Numbered from the stretch's first letter, positions 39,073 through 50,032 are shown. The stretch: DNA of 64,000 nucleotides from a virus (IMGVR_UViG_2654587505_000001:32001-96000), one strand, 5' to 3'. The notes: generated by a model not told the origin, from the sequence alone. Numbers and translations are program-made.

Positions 39073-39282
39073 CTAATTCTCATCAGGCTTATAAATAATA
39101 AAATCCTGTATTTGCTTCCCTGTTTTAAGTTGAATCTTGAAACACCATTCCAAACTTGGCTGACCTTTTTGGTTTTCCCATTTGTTGTAGAGGTTTTTAT
39201 TGACTCCTATAAAGTCAGCAAATTGAGTTTGATCCATTCGTAAGTCATGGCGTAGTTCTTTAAGTTTATTGTATATTGTCAT
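39073..39282 (-). CDS. XRE-family HTH regulator
   Basis: NKLKELRHDLRMDQTQFADFIGVNKNLYNKWENQKGQPSLE. Confidence 0.85.
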   Translation of the reverse strand: MTIYNKLKELRHDLRMDQTQFADFIGVNKNLYNKWENQKGQPSLEWCFKIQLKTGKQIQDFIIYKPDEN

Positions 39283-39463
39283 TAAATCACCTCAAGGTTA
39301 TTGTACAATCTTATTGGTGAAATTTGTGTCGAAATGTGTAAAATAAAAAAAGCAGAAATATTTCATATTTTTTTATTGTTTTCACTTGCTAAATGCAAAA
39401 TATGGATATATAATATAAATAAATCAACGATAAATTTTAATGGTGATAGGAGATAGTACAATA

Positions 39464-39880
39464 ATGATTACAAATGAATATAAAAAATTTGATATTTGGA
39501 TGGCTGATCTTAGTGGAGTAGTTGGAAGTGAGCAAGGTGGGAGTTGTCGGCCTGTTTTAATTGTTAGTAACAATGTGGGGAATAAATTTAGTCCTGTAGT
39601 TACTATTGCAGTTTTAACTTCGAGACTAGACAAGACATCAATTCCCACACATGTTTTCTTAGATGCACAATTAAATGGATTAGATAGAGATTCCTTGATT
39701 ATGCTGGAGCAACTTAGAACTGTAGACAAAAATAGATTGTTTATGAAAGTATCCAGAGTACATCCAAGTTTAGAGAAAGAAATAAATAAAGCAATAAAAA
39801 TTAGTTTGGACACAGAAGATGAAATAACATATTTTGAACGTGGCTGTAGTCAAATAGTTAATAACCTTTGTTTCGCATAA
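39464..39880 (+). CDS. mazF: MazF/PemK (EndoA-like) endoribonuclease
   Basis: DIWMADLSGVVGSEQGG.CRPVLIVSNNVGNKFSPVVTIA...DSLIMLEQLRTVDK. Confidence 0.9.
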   Translation: MITNEYKKFDIWMADLSGVVGSEQGGSCRPVLIVSNNVGNKFSPVVTIAVLTSRLDKTSIPTHVFLDAQLNGLDRDSLIMLEQLRTVDKNRLFMKVSRVHPSLEKEINKAIKISLDTEDEITYFERGCSQIVNNLCFA

Positions 39881-39898
39881 AGAATATATGGAGGTTAA

Positions 39899-40063
39899 AT
39901 GATGAGTTATTTGTTTATAGGAAAAGGGATGTTTAGTGAAGAATCACTTAAAGAAAAGTTGCAACAAATGGGATTAAGAGATCCAGAAAGCATACTTAAA
40001 GAGGCAAAAGAAAGGAAGATAGCTATACGTGGCAGACATAAGATCATGGCAGTCATTGCTTAA
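39899..40063 (+). CDS. Small hypothetical protein downstream of mazF
   Basis: Not in track; 54 aa; RBS GGAGG. Confidence 0.5.
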   Translation: MMSYLFIGKGMFSEESLKEKLQQMGLRDPESILKEAKERKIAIRGRHKIMAVIA

Positions 40064-40156
40064 ACTGAAGGAGTCTGTGAGATTATTATATATCTCGTAG
40101 ACTCTTTTAATCTTTAAATTAATCTAAAATAATAAAGTAAAAAATACAAAAATATA

Positions 40157-40185
40157 TTGACTTTATATATGTAAAATGATATTCT
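40157..40185 (+). promoter_or_regulatory. Early SigA promoter with operator
   Basis: TTGACT-N17-TATTCT with extended TG; CTTTATATATGTAAAA. Confidence 0.65.
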
Positions 40186-40259
40186 ATAAACAAGAAGGAA
40201 ATGCCAATACATAAAAATAAAAGGTATTAAAACTATATTTTTATGGGAGATGATAAAAA

Positions 40260-40463
40260 ATGAAATTTGTATTCAGAAGTCGGCACAAGAATTATAAGGA
40301 TGAGACAGTAATTGTAGATTCTTTAAGAGAAGCAATTGAATGGATTGAGCAAAAGCATTACTTTAGAGAACCTTTTTGGGAAGAATCTGAGTTCGTAAAT
40401 AAATGCAGAGTTTGTTACACAAGTGAAGATGCTGAAGAGGTAGCATATGACGTATCTTGGTAA
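40260..40463 (+). CDS. Hypothetical protein
   Basis: RBS GGGAG after a boundary palindrome. Confidence 0.55.
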   Translation: MKFVFRSRHKNYKDETVIVDSLREAIEWIEQKHYFREPFWEESEFVNKCRVCYTSEDAEEVAYDVSW

Positions 40464-40540
40464 ATAAAAAAGGGGGGGGTTAAGCCTCCCCAGATAGACT
40501 CAAAAAGGGAAATAAATCCTTTCATAAGGAATGATGATGT

Positions 40541-40789
40541 ATGAGCAGACATGGGCGATATGGAAATCCAGACAAAAAAGGAACAGAAGCTTTGTTACAA
40601 TCAGTTTGCGGATATATAAATGATTTGATTAAAGAATCGGATAAAAGTAAAGAAAATAAAGAGTCTATATTGGGGGAAATTAATAGAGCAAGGGAAATAT
40701 TGTATGGAGATGGAAGGGTCTTATCTGATACACTTAAAGTAAGGTTTGAGTCAAGGTTAAATAATTTAGAAAAGAAGTTGATGAAATGA
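40541..40789 (+). CDS. Hypothetical protein
   Basis: ORF in co-oriented array. Confidence 0.55.
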   Translation: MSRHGRYGNPDKKGTEALLQSVCGYINDLIKESDKSKENKESILGEINRAREILYGDGRVLSDTLKVRFESRLNNLEKKLMK

Positions 40790-40801
40790 GGTTAATGAGC
40801 A

Positions 40802-41005
40802 ATGTTAGTAAAAGTAATAAAAACACAAACGCTTGGTTTTGATAAAGGAAGTTATATAGTCGTTGAGCATTTGGACGGTAAAATTCAAAAAATTAATCTC
40901 AAAAAGGATAAGAAGCGACCTAATGACGGAAATCTTAAGAATCAATTTTATTTTCTTCAAGAAGGAAGCAGAGTTTATGTTAATGAAATAGTGGCAACGA
41001 GATAA
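40802..41005 (+). CDS. Hypothetical protein
   Basis: ORF in array. Confidence 0.5.
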   Translation: MLVKVIKTQTLGFDKGSYIVVEHLDGKIQKINLKKDKKRPNDGNLKNQFYFLQEGSRVYVNEIVATR

Positions 41006-41029
41006 TTTTTTCATGGGAGACATTCAAGT

Positions 41030-41305
41030 ATGAAACCAGAAAATATGATTGGTAAGCTTGTTGAAATAATAAGTGAAGAATCTGGATATAAAGGCCACTG
41101 GGGATTTATTAGAGAATGGGATGGAGAGGCATTTCATATTAGTGGAGGATCAATATCAAGTGAATATGGAGAAATAACGCCTATCTTTAATAGAGAGGAC
41201 TTCAGAGTGCCTAGAAATATCCAAGGATACATAAGAGCAGGATACTTGACGGTTGGTGTTAATATTACAGAAGATGGTCGAGAGATTCGAAAGAAAGTGA
41301 AATAA
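41030..41305 (+). CDS. Hypothetical protein, paralog of 52055..52312
   Basis: Shared MKPE.MIGKLVEI..E.SG..G.WGFIR.WDG..FH.SGGSI. Confidence 0.7.
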   Translation: MKPENMIGKLVEIISEESGYKGHWGFIREWDGEAFHISGGSISSEYGEITPIFNREDFRVPRNIQGYIRAGYLTVGVNITEDGREIRKKVK

Positions 41306-41331
41306 TCCTTTTGATGGGGAGTTGAGATAGT

Positions 41332-41646
41332 GTGAGTCGAGCAACGATTAAAGAGTACAGAGCAGCGAAAGGTGGTGACTATGATTGTTACGTTCTATCT
41401 AATGGCGAAACATACTGGTTGTGGTTAAAGGCTCCTTTTAATGGAGGGGAATCGGCACTTGTACATATAATGACGGACGATCCGACAGTAGAAGTTGGCA
41501 TTGTGACAATCGAGAAGGATGTTAATAGTTGTAGGATGTCGCTGAATGGAAAGACTGTAGAAGTACCAATAACATTTAAGCAATATCTCAAACCCAACAA
41601 GAAGTATTTCTTTGATAAGGTAGTAAAAACATTTCTGATAAAATGA
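41332..41646 (+). CDS. Hypothetical protein
   Basis: ORF in array. Confidence 0.55.
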   Translation: MSRATIKEYRAAKGGDYDCYVLSNGETYWLWLKAPFNGGESALVHIMTDDPTVEVGIVTIEKDVNSCRMSLNGKTVEVPITFKQYLKPNKKYFFDKVVKTFLIK

Positions 41647-41670
41647 ATATTTTAAATGGAGTGATTAAAT

Positions 41671-42012
41671 ATGAGCAAATTTAAAGTCGGAGATTATGTT
41701 TATTTTCATGATTGTCAAATGGCAGGAGAAGTTGAATCGATAAATAATGACGGTACATACGATATTATTTGGAACGAAGGAAATAACAGTGGCAGGTTGA
41801 CAGTATTAGAAAATGATATGCAATTAGGCGAAAAACCAGATTGGAGGTATATTCCTGAAATGAGTATTCAAGAGTTTGATGATAATGTCAAAATTATTCT
41901 TGAAGAAATGAGGGAACAATATAAGTCAATGACAATAGGAGATATTCAAACAGTGATGATGTTTGCAAAAATGTTTAAAGAAAAGTGCATGGAAGATAAA
42001 AGTTTCTTTTAG
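41671..42012 (+). CDS. Hypothetical protein (SH3/Tudor-like N-terminus)
   Basis: FKVGDYV...GEVESIN.DGTYDIIW. Confidence 0.6.
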   Translation: MSKFKVGDYVYFHDCQMAGEVESINNDGTYDIIWNEGNNSGRLTVLENDMQLGEKPDWRYIPEMSIQEFDDNVKIILEEMREQYKSMTIGDIQTVMMFAKMFKEKCMEDKSFF

Positions 42013-42059
42013 AAAGATGATAAAAGGATTCTTTCATTAGGTAAATCAAAAAAAGGAGA

Positions 42060-42311
42060 ATGAAAAATATGACAGCAGAAGAACTTAAAAATAAAATTGT
42101 TTATGCTTTTCGCTACTTAGATAAAGGAGAACAATTAAGATTAACAAAGCAAGCAATAGTCGTCAAGGATTTTTTAAGAAATTCTTATGGGGAAGCAGAA
42201 TTAACATCTATGATGAATTTACCGTCTGAAACTTGGAAAGCAGCATGGAAATTGTTTGAAGAGTATCACGGGATTTTCACGCATGGTGATTATTTAGAAG
42301 CAACAAAATAG
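42060..42311 (+). CDS. Hypothetical protein
   Basis: RBS AAGGAG. Confidence 0.55.
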   Translation: MKNMTAEELKNKIVYAFRYLDKGEQLRLTKQAIVVKDFLRNSYGEAELTSMMNLPSETWKAAWKLFEEYHGIFTHGDYLEATK

Positions 42312-42356
42312 CAAATGAAAGAAAGTATTTCATTAAATAACGGAGGTTTTATTAAA

Positions 42357-42557
42357 ATGTTCATAATAACAAGCGTCGTAAGTAAAGATGGAGATAATGA
42401 AAAGGTTTTATATGGCGAAAGAAATAAAGTAATGGAAAGAATAAAAAATGAATACACAGACTATATTGCAGGAACAAGTTTTTTTGAAACAAGACACGAA
42501 ATGAATGTTATTTTAAGATTATTGCCTAATAATATAAATTTTATTGATTGCCGATAA
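42357..42557 (+). CDS. Hypothetical protein
   Basis: RBS GGAGG; stop in boundary palindrome. Confidence 0.5.
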   Translation: MFIITSVVSKDGDNEKVLYGERNKVMERIKNEYTDYIAGTSFFETRHEMNVILRLLPNNINFIDCR

Positions 42558-42800
42558 AATAGTCTTTCAATTGGTGAAAGGGGGATAACACGGTTTTGAA
42601 ATCGAGTATTAAACTAGATGTGAATCAGATGATTATTATCAATAATGCGCTAGATATTGCCATGAATGAACTTAAAACTATTTATCAAGATAAATGGTTA
42701 ACAGAACAAGTTGCAGTAATCAAAAACAAACTGAATAAAAGAATAGAATATTTAGAAAACAAATGAAATAAAAAAACGAGTAAATGGGGGTTGATATGAA

Positions 42801-43214
42801 ATGAATAAAGAACAAATGAAGGAATTGATTTACAATAATATTCCAGAAAACGATTATCAAGTATTGAATTGTAGTATTTATTATAAAGCAATGAAAGATG
42901 ATGAAAATACATTTAAACAGGCTTTAAATGAATTGATTCGTGAAAATAAAGTACATATGGATGCGGAGATAGAAGGAGTAAAACTATATAGGAAAAAATA
43001 TCCTTTAACGAAAAAATGCCAAGGAACATGCAACAATTACTTTGATAAAAAATGTAAAGGAGAAGTTTTGACTTACAGAATAATTTCTCCTGAAAATCAT
43101 AAATATCCGAATCGTGATTGGGGATTGAATAATTATTGTTTAACAGCAAAAGAAAATGACGAGCGAAATGGTTTTGTTGTTACAGAAATAGAAGATCAGT
43201 TAACAACAGTATAA
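42801..43214 (+). CDS. Hypothetical protein
   Basis: 137-aa ORF with Cys-rich C-terminus. Confidence 0.55.
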   Translation: MNKEQMKELIYNNIPENDYQVLNCSIYYKAMKDDENTFKQALNELIRENKVHMDAEIEGVKLYRKKYPLTKKCQGTCNNYFDKKCKGEVLTYRIISPENHKYPNRDWGLNNYCLTAKENDERNGFVVTEIEDQLTTV

Positions 43215-43400
43215 CAAACCAATGAAAAAGCAATTTTATCTGATAACAGAAGGAGTTAACAAAATGTATGGCGAATGGGTGATGGTTAATTTAATTAATG
43301 AAAAATGGCAAATAACAGACAATTAAAGTAATTTCATAGGGAGTCGATATAAAAATGCTTTACACAGGTGAGAAGGAAATTGAAGAACGTGCTGACGCAT

Positions 43401-43428
43401 TCCCGCGACTTTAGTCGTGTGAGGTTCA
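43401..43428 (+). mobile_element. Orphan IS200/IS605 right-end hairpin (relic)
   Basis: TCCCGCGACTTTAGTCGTGTGAGGTTCA, 27/28 identical to the right end at 57133-57160. Confidence 0.8.
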
Positions 43429-43614
43429 CATGGGTGCTTGGTCTATCGAATTAGCAAATGAAAAGTGATTTCATCATATAACAGAAAAGGAGAAAAATCA
43501 CCATGGTTAAACGTAAAAGATATATGAATGGACTCTATATTGACGGAAAACTTGTAGTATTCACTGGAACTAAATGGGAAGAATTAAGAAAACTTGCAGC
43601 GGAGGAGATTAAAA

Positions 43615-43935
43615 ATGTTTATTAATAGACGATTTATCGAACGAGAATATGTTTTTAATATTGAAAAGAAAAATAATCCATACATATCAGACGAGCAAAT
43701 TAATAACATGCTTGATTCAATGGATTTGGATTGGTGCGACCTCACATTTAAATTTTTTGAACGAAAGAACGGTTGGGATACTGTAATCATTGATAATAAC
43801 ACCAATAACAGAGTGGTAATCGACGAACTGAATGGATTTGCTTTTGATTTTTATATTCGCCAGATTAAGGAATTGTCTATAACACGAGCAAGAAAAGAGA
43901 TACGAGAAAAATTATTTGCAGGAGTTGGAGCATAA
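43615..43935 (+). CDS. Hypothetical protein
   Basis: RBS GGAGGAG. Confidence 0.6.
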   Translation: MFINRRFIEREYVFNIEKKNNPYISDEQINNMLDSMDLDWCDLTFKFFERKNGWDTVIIDNNTNNRVVIDELNGFAFDFYIRQIKELSITRARKEIREKLFAGVGA

Positions 43936-44101
43936 CAATGAATGAGAATGAGAAAATGGCAAGATTCTTAGAAATGCAGAAACAGCAGCTAGAGACGTTA
44001 TTACAGAACAGCAAAGGGAAGTACGATCAGCGTAAAATTGACATGTTAGAGGTCGAGATTGAAGGTTTGACAGTAAGAATAAGAAGATGGAGAGGTGAGA
44101 T

Positions 44102-44293
44102 GTGATGAGTACTATTGAATTCGCTGAAAATAGATTGAATGTCAGGTTAACATACCACCAGAAGGAATTATTGACTTTATTGCAAACAAATCCTGATGGA
44201 TGGTATAACAGTTTGTGTATTGAAACTTTGGAAATGAAACAGGTGAGAGAAGTATTTAGCAAGTGGAGAGAAAGTGTGTTAATTGGAGCGTAA
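44102..44293 (+). CDS. Hypothetical protein
   Basis: RBS GAGGTG. Confidence 0.5.
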   Translation: MMSTIEFAENRLNVRLTYHQKELLTLLQTNPDGWYNSLCIETLEMKQVREVFSKWRESVLIGA

Positions 44294-44306
44294 AGATTAA
44301 ATTGAT

Positions 44307-44570
44307 GTGAGGTGGAGAAATGTGATTACAATCCCCCAAGGAGTTTCATCATGTTTATACAATGGAATTATGAACAAAATTGAGTGGATTCAAAAACAAA
44401 TTGAATATGATGTAAATAAAAAATATGAATTAAAAAATCATTTGGAGAGAATTTATAAAGATGTAGTCGAAGCCGTTGATTTTTACAATGAGCATTGTAT
44501 CTTATCGGGGAAATATTTAAAAGATGCGTTAGATGAATTGACTTTAAAATATAATGAATATTTAGGATAA
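44307..44570 (+). CDS. Hypothetical protein
   Basis: Stop in boundary palindrome at 44567. Confidence 0.5.
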   Translation: MRWRNVITIPQGVSSCLYNGIMNKIEWIQKQIEYDVNKKYELKNHLERIYKDVVEAVDFYNEHCILSGKYLKDALDELTLKYNEYLG

Positions 44571-45068
44571 AATCGGTAATTCATCGTGAAAAGGAGATAT
44601 TAAAAAATGAATGAGAATACTGTGGGTGCGTTAATCAACTTATTAAAACAATTTAATCCAGATGCAAATATTGTGATTGCTGTAAGGGCAGAAGACGATT
44701 ATCAACCAATCGTAGATGCACAATATAATGAAAATGGAGACGTTGAACTGATATTAGAATAATCCGATAAGATTTCGTATTTGATAAGGAGGATAACTTT
44801 AATGAATAGCGGCAGAATTGATATGTATTTTTGTGTAATTATTATTCAGTTAGCAGTGATAGCAATGATTTTGGCGAATAAATGACCAGTTGATCGGGGA
44901 GTTATGTTGGGATGGAATTGGAATTCGCACTTTATGTATTCATTGGACTAGTTACAATTATGGTCGCTTCAATGGTGTACACGGCAGTATGTTTCTATAG
45001 ATTAAGTAAGAGTATGAAAACAAAAAAATAATATAATTTAGTTTTTTATAGGAAAGGGTGAATTAGTT

Positions 45069-45323
45069 TTGGATCAGATATTAGAATATCGCATTGTAGT
45101 TGGAAATGACTTGGTGGTGGATTTTTGTTGTGAATGTCCAAGTAAAACGTTTCTAAATACACCTATTGCAGACATCATGAAGACACGCATCTATCTTTAC
45201 GGATATAATGATGACTACTTTTTCAATGTAGTAAACAAGGAATCAAGAGAATTTAAATGTGAATGCGGTAGATGTTATTCTGTGCAATGGACATATGATG
45301 GGGTCAAAGTAGAAAGGCTATGA
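45069..45323 (+). CDS. Hypothetical Zn-binding protein
   Basis: CCEC...CECGRC; stop in boundary palindrome at 45320. Confidence 0.55.
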   Translation: MDQILEYRIVVGNDLVVDFCCECPSKTFLNTPIADIMKTRIYLYGYNDDYFFNVVNKESREFKCECGRCYSVQWTYDGVKVERL

Positions 45324-45359
45324 AACTCGTTTTTTATCGGAAGTTTTATTAAAAGGAGA

Positions 45360-45596
45360 TTGTTAAATATGAATTTCAAACACGGTATAAGCCAATATAG
45401 AATCAACCATGCACGAGATTATGCAAAGTATATTCTAGAGAGCGTTGCAAAAGTTGAATTATTGTTTCACTTATCTCAAGAAGGACATATAGATGAAGTT
45501 AAAGCTGATAACGGAATTAAAAGTATTACCAAAGAAATTGAGCGTAGCACGAAAGAATTGCTTGGTTATTTAGAGTTACGTGATGATATGCGCTAA
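45360..45596 (+). CDS. Hypothetical protein
   Basis: RBS AAGGAG. Confidence 0.55.
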   Translation: MLNMNFKHGISQYRINHARDYAKYILESVAKVELLFHLSQEGHIDEVKADNGIKSITKEIERSTKELLGYLELRDDMR

Positions 45597-45875
45597 TTCA
45601 CAATTTAACATAATAAAATTAAAAGATAATAAAGCTCGTTTTTCTTCTGAATTGCAGAAAAAATGATAAAATGAGAGGGGTAATATATAAATGAATAAAT
45701 TTCCAAAACAAATTAATAAAGAAGGTGGATGGACGGTATCACCTAAATATCTATAACAAATAAGTAAAGTAATTGCGAAAGTTTAAAAATGATTTACCAT
45801 ACCATGAGCCATCATGAGAGCAAATTAAAATGGTACTACTTGCCATTGAGAGCATCAAGCGGGAGAAGAATCATT

Positions 45876-46103
45876 ATGTTAAAAGAAACTGTTTTTATTG
45901 CTAGAATACAAGATGGTGAGGGCATTATATGGATAGGTGAATTGCAATTTATTGAAAACGGCATAGCAAGAGTTGGATTATTTATGGATAAAGAATCTTG
46001 TGGAATCGATATTTCTGAAAGTGAATTATATAAATATCAAAGAAATGCAATTGATTTTTTAAAGGAATCGGGAATTGACACAAATGAAATAAAGTTTATA
46101 TAA
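45876..46103 (+). CDS. Hypothetical protein
   Basis: RBS GGGAG. Confidence 0.5.
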   Translation: MLKETVFIARIQDGEGIIWIGELQFIENGIARVGLFMDKESCGIDISESELYKYQRNAIDFLKESGIDTNEIKFI

Positions 46104-46257
46104 TCCAATAAATTTTGTGTTTCATAGTAGAGGATAAAAGTAACCAATTCTTTGTATAAATAAAGAATAGAGGGATAATCTATATGATTAGATCACCTTG
46201 TTGCTAATCAAGTTACATAAAAACTATTAAAAATAAAATTTAAAGGGAGATAAAGAA

Positions 46258-48300
46258 ATGGAATTCAAACAATTAAAAACGATGCTGCAAGAAAACTTTG
46301 CTCAAATGTCCAAGGATGCTACCCATTTATTTGAAGTCAACTTGGATAAAGATGAATTATGGAATTTGTATCTCGATAGTTTTCCTGAAGGGACAAACCC
46401 ATATTTCCGTGAACGTCGAGAATATGACTGCACCTGCTGTAAACAATTTATTAGAAATATCGGAAATGCGGTTGTAATTAGAAACAATAAAATTAAAACT
46501 GTTTGGGATTTTGAAACAGGTGATACAAAATATCAACCAGTCTTGAATGCTTTGTCTCAATTTGTAAAATCTCATGCTGTTTCCGATGTCTACATTAGCG
46601 AATTCAAAAAAATTGGTACAGACAAGAATTTTGAGCAAGCGGCTGAAAAAGTAAAAGAGTGGAATCACTTTTATCTGGAATTGCCAGATCGATTCGTAAA
46701 CAAAAGTAGTAAATCTGATGCTGAGGTCAAAGGTTCCTTTAGGGACACAAGAAATGTATTTAAACGTTCATTGGATGAGATTACAGAAGAAAGTTTGCTT
46801 ACTGTTTTGGAACTTATCTCTCAAAATTCTCTCTACAAGGGTGAAGAGTGGAAAGGCGCATTGACTGAGTTCCTGAAATACAAAAAAGAGTATAACAAGT
46901 TGAAAGACACAACAGAAAAAGAAAATTATACTTGGGAGCAATCTGTAGGGGTAGGTGGTGCTATCGGAAGAATTAGAAATCATAGCATTGGAACGCTACT
47001 TATCAATCTTAGTGAAGATATGGACTTGGACGAGGCGGTAAGAAAGTATGAAGTTATTGTTGCACCTACCAACTACAAGCGTCCCAAAGCGATTTACACG
47101 AAAAAGATGTTGGAGGATGCCAAGAAGACAATTGAAGAACTTGGATACATGGAATCGTTGAGTAGGAGACATGCAACACTTGACGATATCTCAGTAAATA
47201 ATATCTTGTTCTCAAATAAAGATTCCGCAAAAAGAATTCAGGATGCAGATGATGTTTTCTCTCAAATGAAAAAGGAGGTCGCAGTTAATCCTAAAAACTT
47301 CTCTAAGGTTGAGGAAGTTACAATTGAAACATTTATTTCCAATATTTTACCGACAGCAAAAGAAATTGAAGTTTTGCTTGAGAACAAACATTCAGTAAAC
47401 ATGGTTTCATTAATCGCGCCAGAGAACAAAGATAGTAAAACAATGTTCAAATGGAACAATGGTTTCAGTTGGGCTTATTCTGGAAACATCACGGATAGTT
47501 TCATGAAGGAAAATGTTAAGGCTGCTGGTGGCAAAGTTGATGGTGTGTTGCGCTTCTCTATCCAATGGAATGATAGCGAGTATGATGGTAATGATTTGGA
47601 TGCTCATTGCATCGAACCAAGTGGATATGAAATTTATTATAGTGATAAAATTTCTTATGCTACTGATGGGCGATTGGATGTTGATATTATTAATCCTGTA
47701 AGAAATAAGCCTGCTGTAGAAAACATCACTTGGGACAATAAAGATAAAATGCAAGAAGGAACCTATAAGTTTTTTGTTAATAATTTTAGCAATAGAGGGG
47801 GGAGAAGTGGATTTAGAGCAGAGATTGAGTTTGATGGTCAGATTTACTCTTTTGACTATAGCAAAGAGGTGAGACACAAAGAAAATATTGTTGTTGCAGA
47901 AGTAACACTTAAAAATAGAGAGTTTTCCATCAAAGAAAAACTTCCATATAATGTTTCTTCAAGAGAAGTGTGGAGTTTGAAGACAAATCAATTTGTTCCA
48001 GTTTCGGTTGTTTGTTATTCTCCGAATTATTGGGATGAGCAACAAGGTATTGGTCATCGTCATTACTTCTTCATGCTGAAGGATTGCGTCAATCCAGAAG
48101 CACCAAATGGTTTTTACAATGAATTTTTGAAAGAGGAATTGATGCAACATAAGCGAGTATTTGAAGCGTTAGGATCGAAAATGAAAGTTGCAGACAGTGA
48201 AGATCAGCTTTCTGGTCTTGGATTTAGTTCAACCAAAAGGAATGATTTACTTGTAAAGGTTAAGGGACAGACAGAACGAGTTATTAAAGTGAAGTTTTAA
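46258..48300 (+). CDS. Large phage protein with YfaP/DUF2135-like domain
   Basis: [21 protein letters not shown]...GRLDVD...AVENITW...[10 protein letters not shown]. Confidence 0.7.
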   Translation: MEFKQLKTMLQENFAQMSKDATHLFEVNLDKDELWNLYLDSFPEGTNPYFRERREYDCTCCKQFIRNIGNAVVIRNNKIKTVWDFETGDTKYQPVLNALSQFVKSHAVSDVYISEFKKIGTDKNFEQAAEKVKEWNHFYLELPDRFVNKSSKSDAEVKGSFRDTRNVFKRSLDEITEESLLTVLELISQNSLYKGEEWKGALTEFLKYKKEYNKLKDTTEKENYTWEQSVGVGGAIGRIRNHSIGTLLINLSEDMDLDEAVRKYEVIVAPTNYKRPKAIYTKKMLEDAKKTIEELGYMESLSRRHATLDDISVNNILFSNKDSAKRIQDADDVFSQMKKEVAVNPKNFSKVEEVTIETFISNILPTAKEIEVLLENKHSVNMVSLIAPENKDSKTMFKWNNGFSWAYSGNITDSFMKENVKAAGGKVDGVLRFSIQWNDSEYDGNDLDAHCIEPSGYEIYYSDKISYATDGRLDVDIINPVRNKPAVENITWDNKDKMQEGTYKFFVNNFSNRGGRSGFRAEIEFDGQIYSFDYSKEVRHKENIVVAEVTLKNREFSIKEKLPYNVSSREVWSLKTNQFVPVSVVCYSPNYWDEQQGIGHRHYFFMLKDCVNPEAPNGFYNEFLKEELMQHKRVFEALGSKMKVADSEDQLSGLGFSSTKRNDLLVKVKGQTERVIKVKF

Positions 48301-48326
48301 AAAAATAAAGTATATAAAAAGGAGAA

Positions 48327-48713
48327 ATGAAAATGAACATTTTCGAATATGCCGTAAAAAATAAGATCCGTTTCCCGTTTAAGGGTATGATTACTACTGA
48401 AGATCTTTGGGATTTGACAGTAGAACATCTGGATTCGATTTTTAAAACTCTAAATTCCCAATCGAAACAAGCGAAAGAGGAAAGTTTGTTAAACACAAAG
48501 ACAAAAGAAGATAAAGAATTAGATATTAAAATTGAAATTGTGAAGTATATTGTTAATGAAAAATTGGAAGAGCAAAAAGCAAGACTTCAAGCTAAAGAAA
48601 AGAAAGAACAGAAACAAAAAATCATGGAGGTCTTGGCTGCTAAACAAAATGAAGCACTACAAAATAAATCTCCTGAAGAACTGATGAAGATGCTTAAGGA
48701 AATGGGAGAATAA
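48327..48713 (+). CDS. Coiled-coil hypothetical protein partnered with the 680-aa gene
   Basis: RFPFKGMITTEDLWDL; RBS AAGGAG; hairpin at 48734-48760 follows. Confidence 0.7.
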   Translation: MKMNIFEYAVKNKIRFPFKGMITTEDLWDLTVEHLDSIFKTLNSQSKQAKEESLLNTKTKEDKELDIKIEIVKYIVNEKLEEQKARLQAKEKKEQKQKIMEVLAAKQNEALQNKSPEELMKMLKEMGE

Positions 48714-48793
48714 TTTGATGTGGAGAGTTTATGGGGGATGGGAAGTGATTCCCGTTCCCCATGAAACTCGTCTTTCATCAGGAAGGAGTGATT

Positions 48794-49669
48794 TTGATAT
48801 TGACGAGAGAATTGACACCAAACTTAGAGTATCTTGAAAAACTTAGTAACATAATCCAGAAAGACGGATTAAGAGATCCTTGGATTATACAAGATAGATT
48901 AAAGCAATTAAACAGACAAGATGATACTGATGTGGTTGTGTTTGACTCTTATAACGAAAAAGGAAAATGTATTGTTTATTATGGCGTAAAGCCTGATTTG
49001 TCTGTAATTTACGCATATGAATTCAAACTTGGTAAAGTTTTGAAGGAATACAAAATAGAAAACATCTTAGAACTTGATAAATGGAAACAAAATTTTGATT
49101 CAGTTATTCGATATTCTATGATTACTCTAGATGACATTAAGAATGATGTTTTGCAATGGGTTGAGAAATATAAAACTAGGCAAAGTAGAGCATACAAGCA
49201 ATTTATTGACACATTAAAGGTTTATCGCCATTACACCGGACAAATCATTGTGTATTACAAAGAAATGAATGGTGAAAACAAAAAATTAAAACCCATTGTT
49301 CGTAAGTATAAAAGTATATCACTTGATGACTTAATTGAGTTTGGAAAAAAGAAAAGCAAAGAACTGTGGAACAGAGAATTTACATGTAAGGTTGTTTTCG
49401 TCAAGGCTTATTGGAATAGCCAATTAGGAGTGTATTATCCGCACAAAGAGACAATTGCTTTTAGTGAATATATGTGTGCAACAATGACCGAAGATCAAAT
49501 ATATGACACTATGTTGCATGAAATGGTTCATTGGCATTTACATACTTCAGGAAGAAACTATCATGATGAAGATTTTGAATTTATTGAAGAATGTCTAAAA
49601 GTGGGTTGTGGATTATCACAAAGTAACAGCGCAAGAAAGGCTTATATTCAGTATCAGAAAAGTGTATAA
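48794..49669 (+). CDS. SprT-like Zn metalloprotease-domain protein
   Basis: LGVY, TMLHEMVHWHL (HExxH), H..EF. Confidence 0.7.
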   Translation: MILTRELTPNLEYLEKLSNIIQKDGLRDPWIIQDRLKQLNRQDDTDVVVFDSYNEKGKCIVYYGVKPDLSVIYAYEFKLGKVLKEYKIENILELDKWKQNFDSVIRYSMITLDDIKNDVLQWVEKYKTRQSRAYKQFIDTLKVYRHYTGQIIVYYKEMNGENKKLKPIVRKYKSISLDDLIEFGKKKSKELWNREFTCKVVFVKAYWNSQLGVYYPHKETIAFSEYMCATMTEDQIYDTMLHEMVHWHLHTSGRNYHDEDFEFIEECLKVGCGLSQSNSARKAYIQYQKSV

Positions 49670-49703
49670 AATTCGTAATTTATTAGGAAAGGGAATTTGT
49701 TAT

Positions 49704-49958
49704 ATGGACGTGGGGAAAGGTTGCGTTATTTCTGACAAGTGGATTCCAAAAGGTTTAGATACTAATTTGAGTGATATTAATGGCAATGCACTTAAAACGT
49801 CAGATAAGGTACATTTGAATGGTTGCACATCAAAATATGCTATTATTGGCAAGGGTATGAATGATAAATATATGCTGTACTTTGGTAGCGAACACGGTTC
49901 AGTTGGTTGGTATTTAACAGAAGAGACTATTATTAAACATAAGGTTAAATTAGTGTAG
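49704..49958 (+). CDS. Hypothetical protein (YopX-like C-terminal motif)
   Basis: TNLSDINGNALKTSDKV. Confidence 0.5.
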   Translation: MDVGKGCVISDKWIPKGLDTNLSDINGNALKTSDKVHLNGCTSKYAIIGKGMNDKYMLYFGSEHGSVGWYLTEETIIKHKVKLV

Positions 49959-49990
49959 GGCAAATCCAATAAAATCCGCATTTTAATTTA

Positions 49991-50025
49991 ATAACCCACC
50001 ACTCCAAAATTGGAGGGCGGGTTAT
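49991..50025. terminator. Bidirectional terminator
   Basis: ATAACCCACCACTCCA-loop-TGGAGGGCGGGTTAT between convergent genes. Confidence 0.6.
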
Positions 50026-50032
50026 TAATACA

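Noticed and set aside
48761-48793. ATG starts at 48761 and 42315
   Set aside because: These ATGs are the left arm of the boundary palindrome; the RBSs lie downstream
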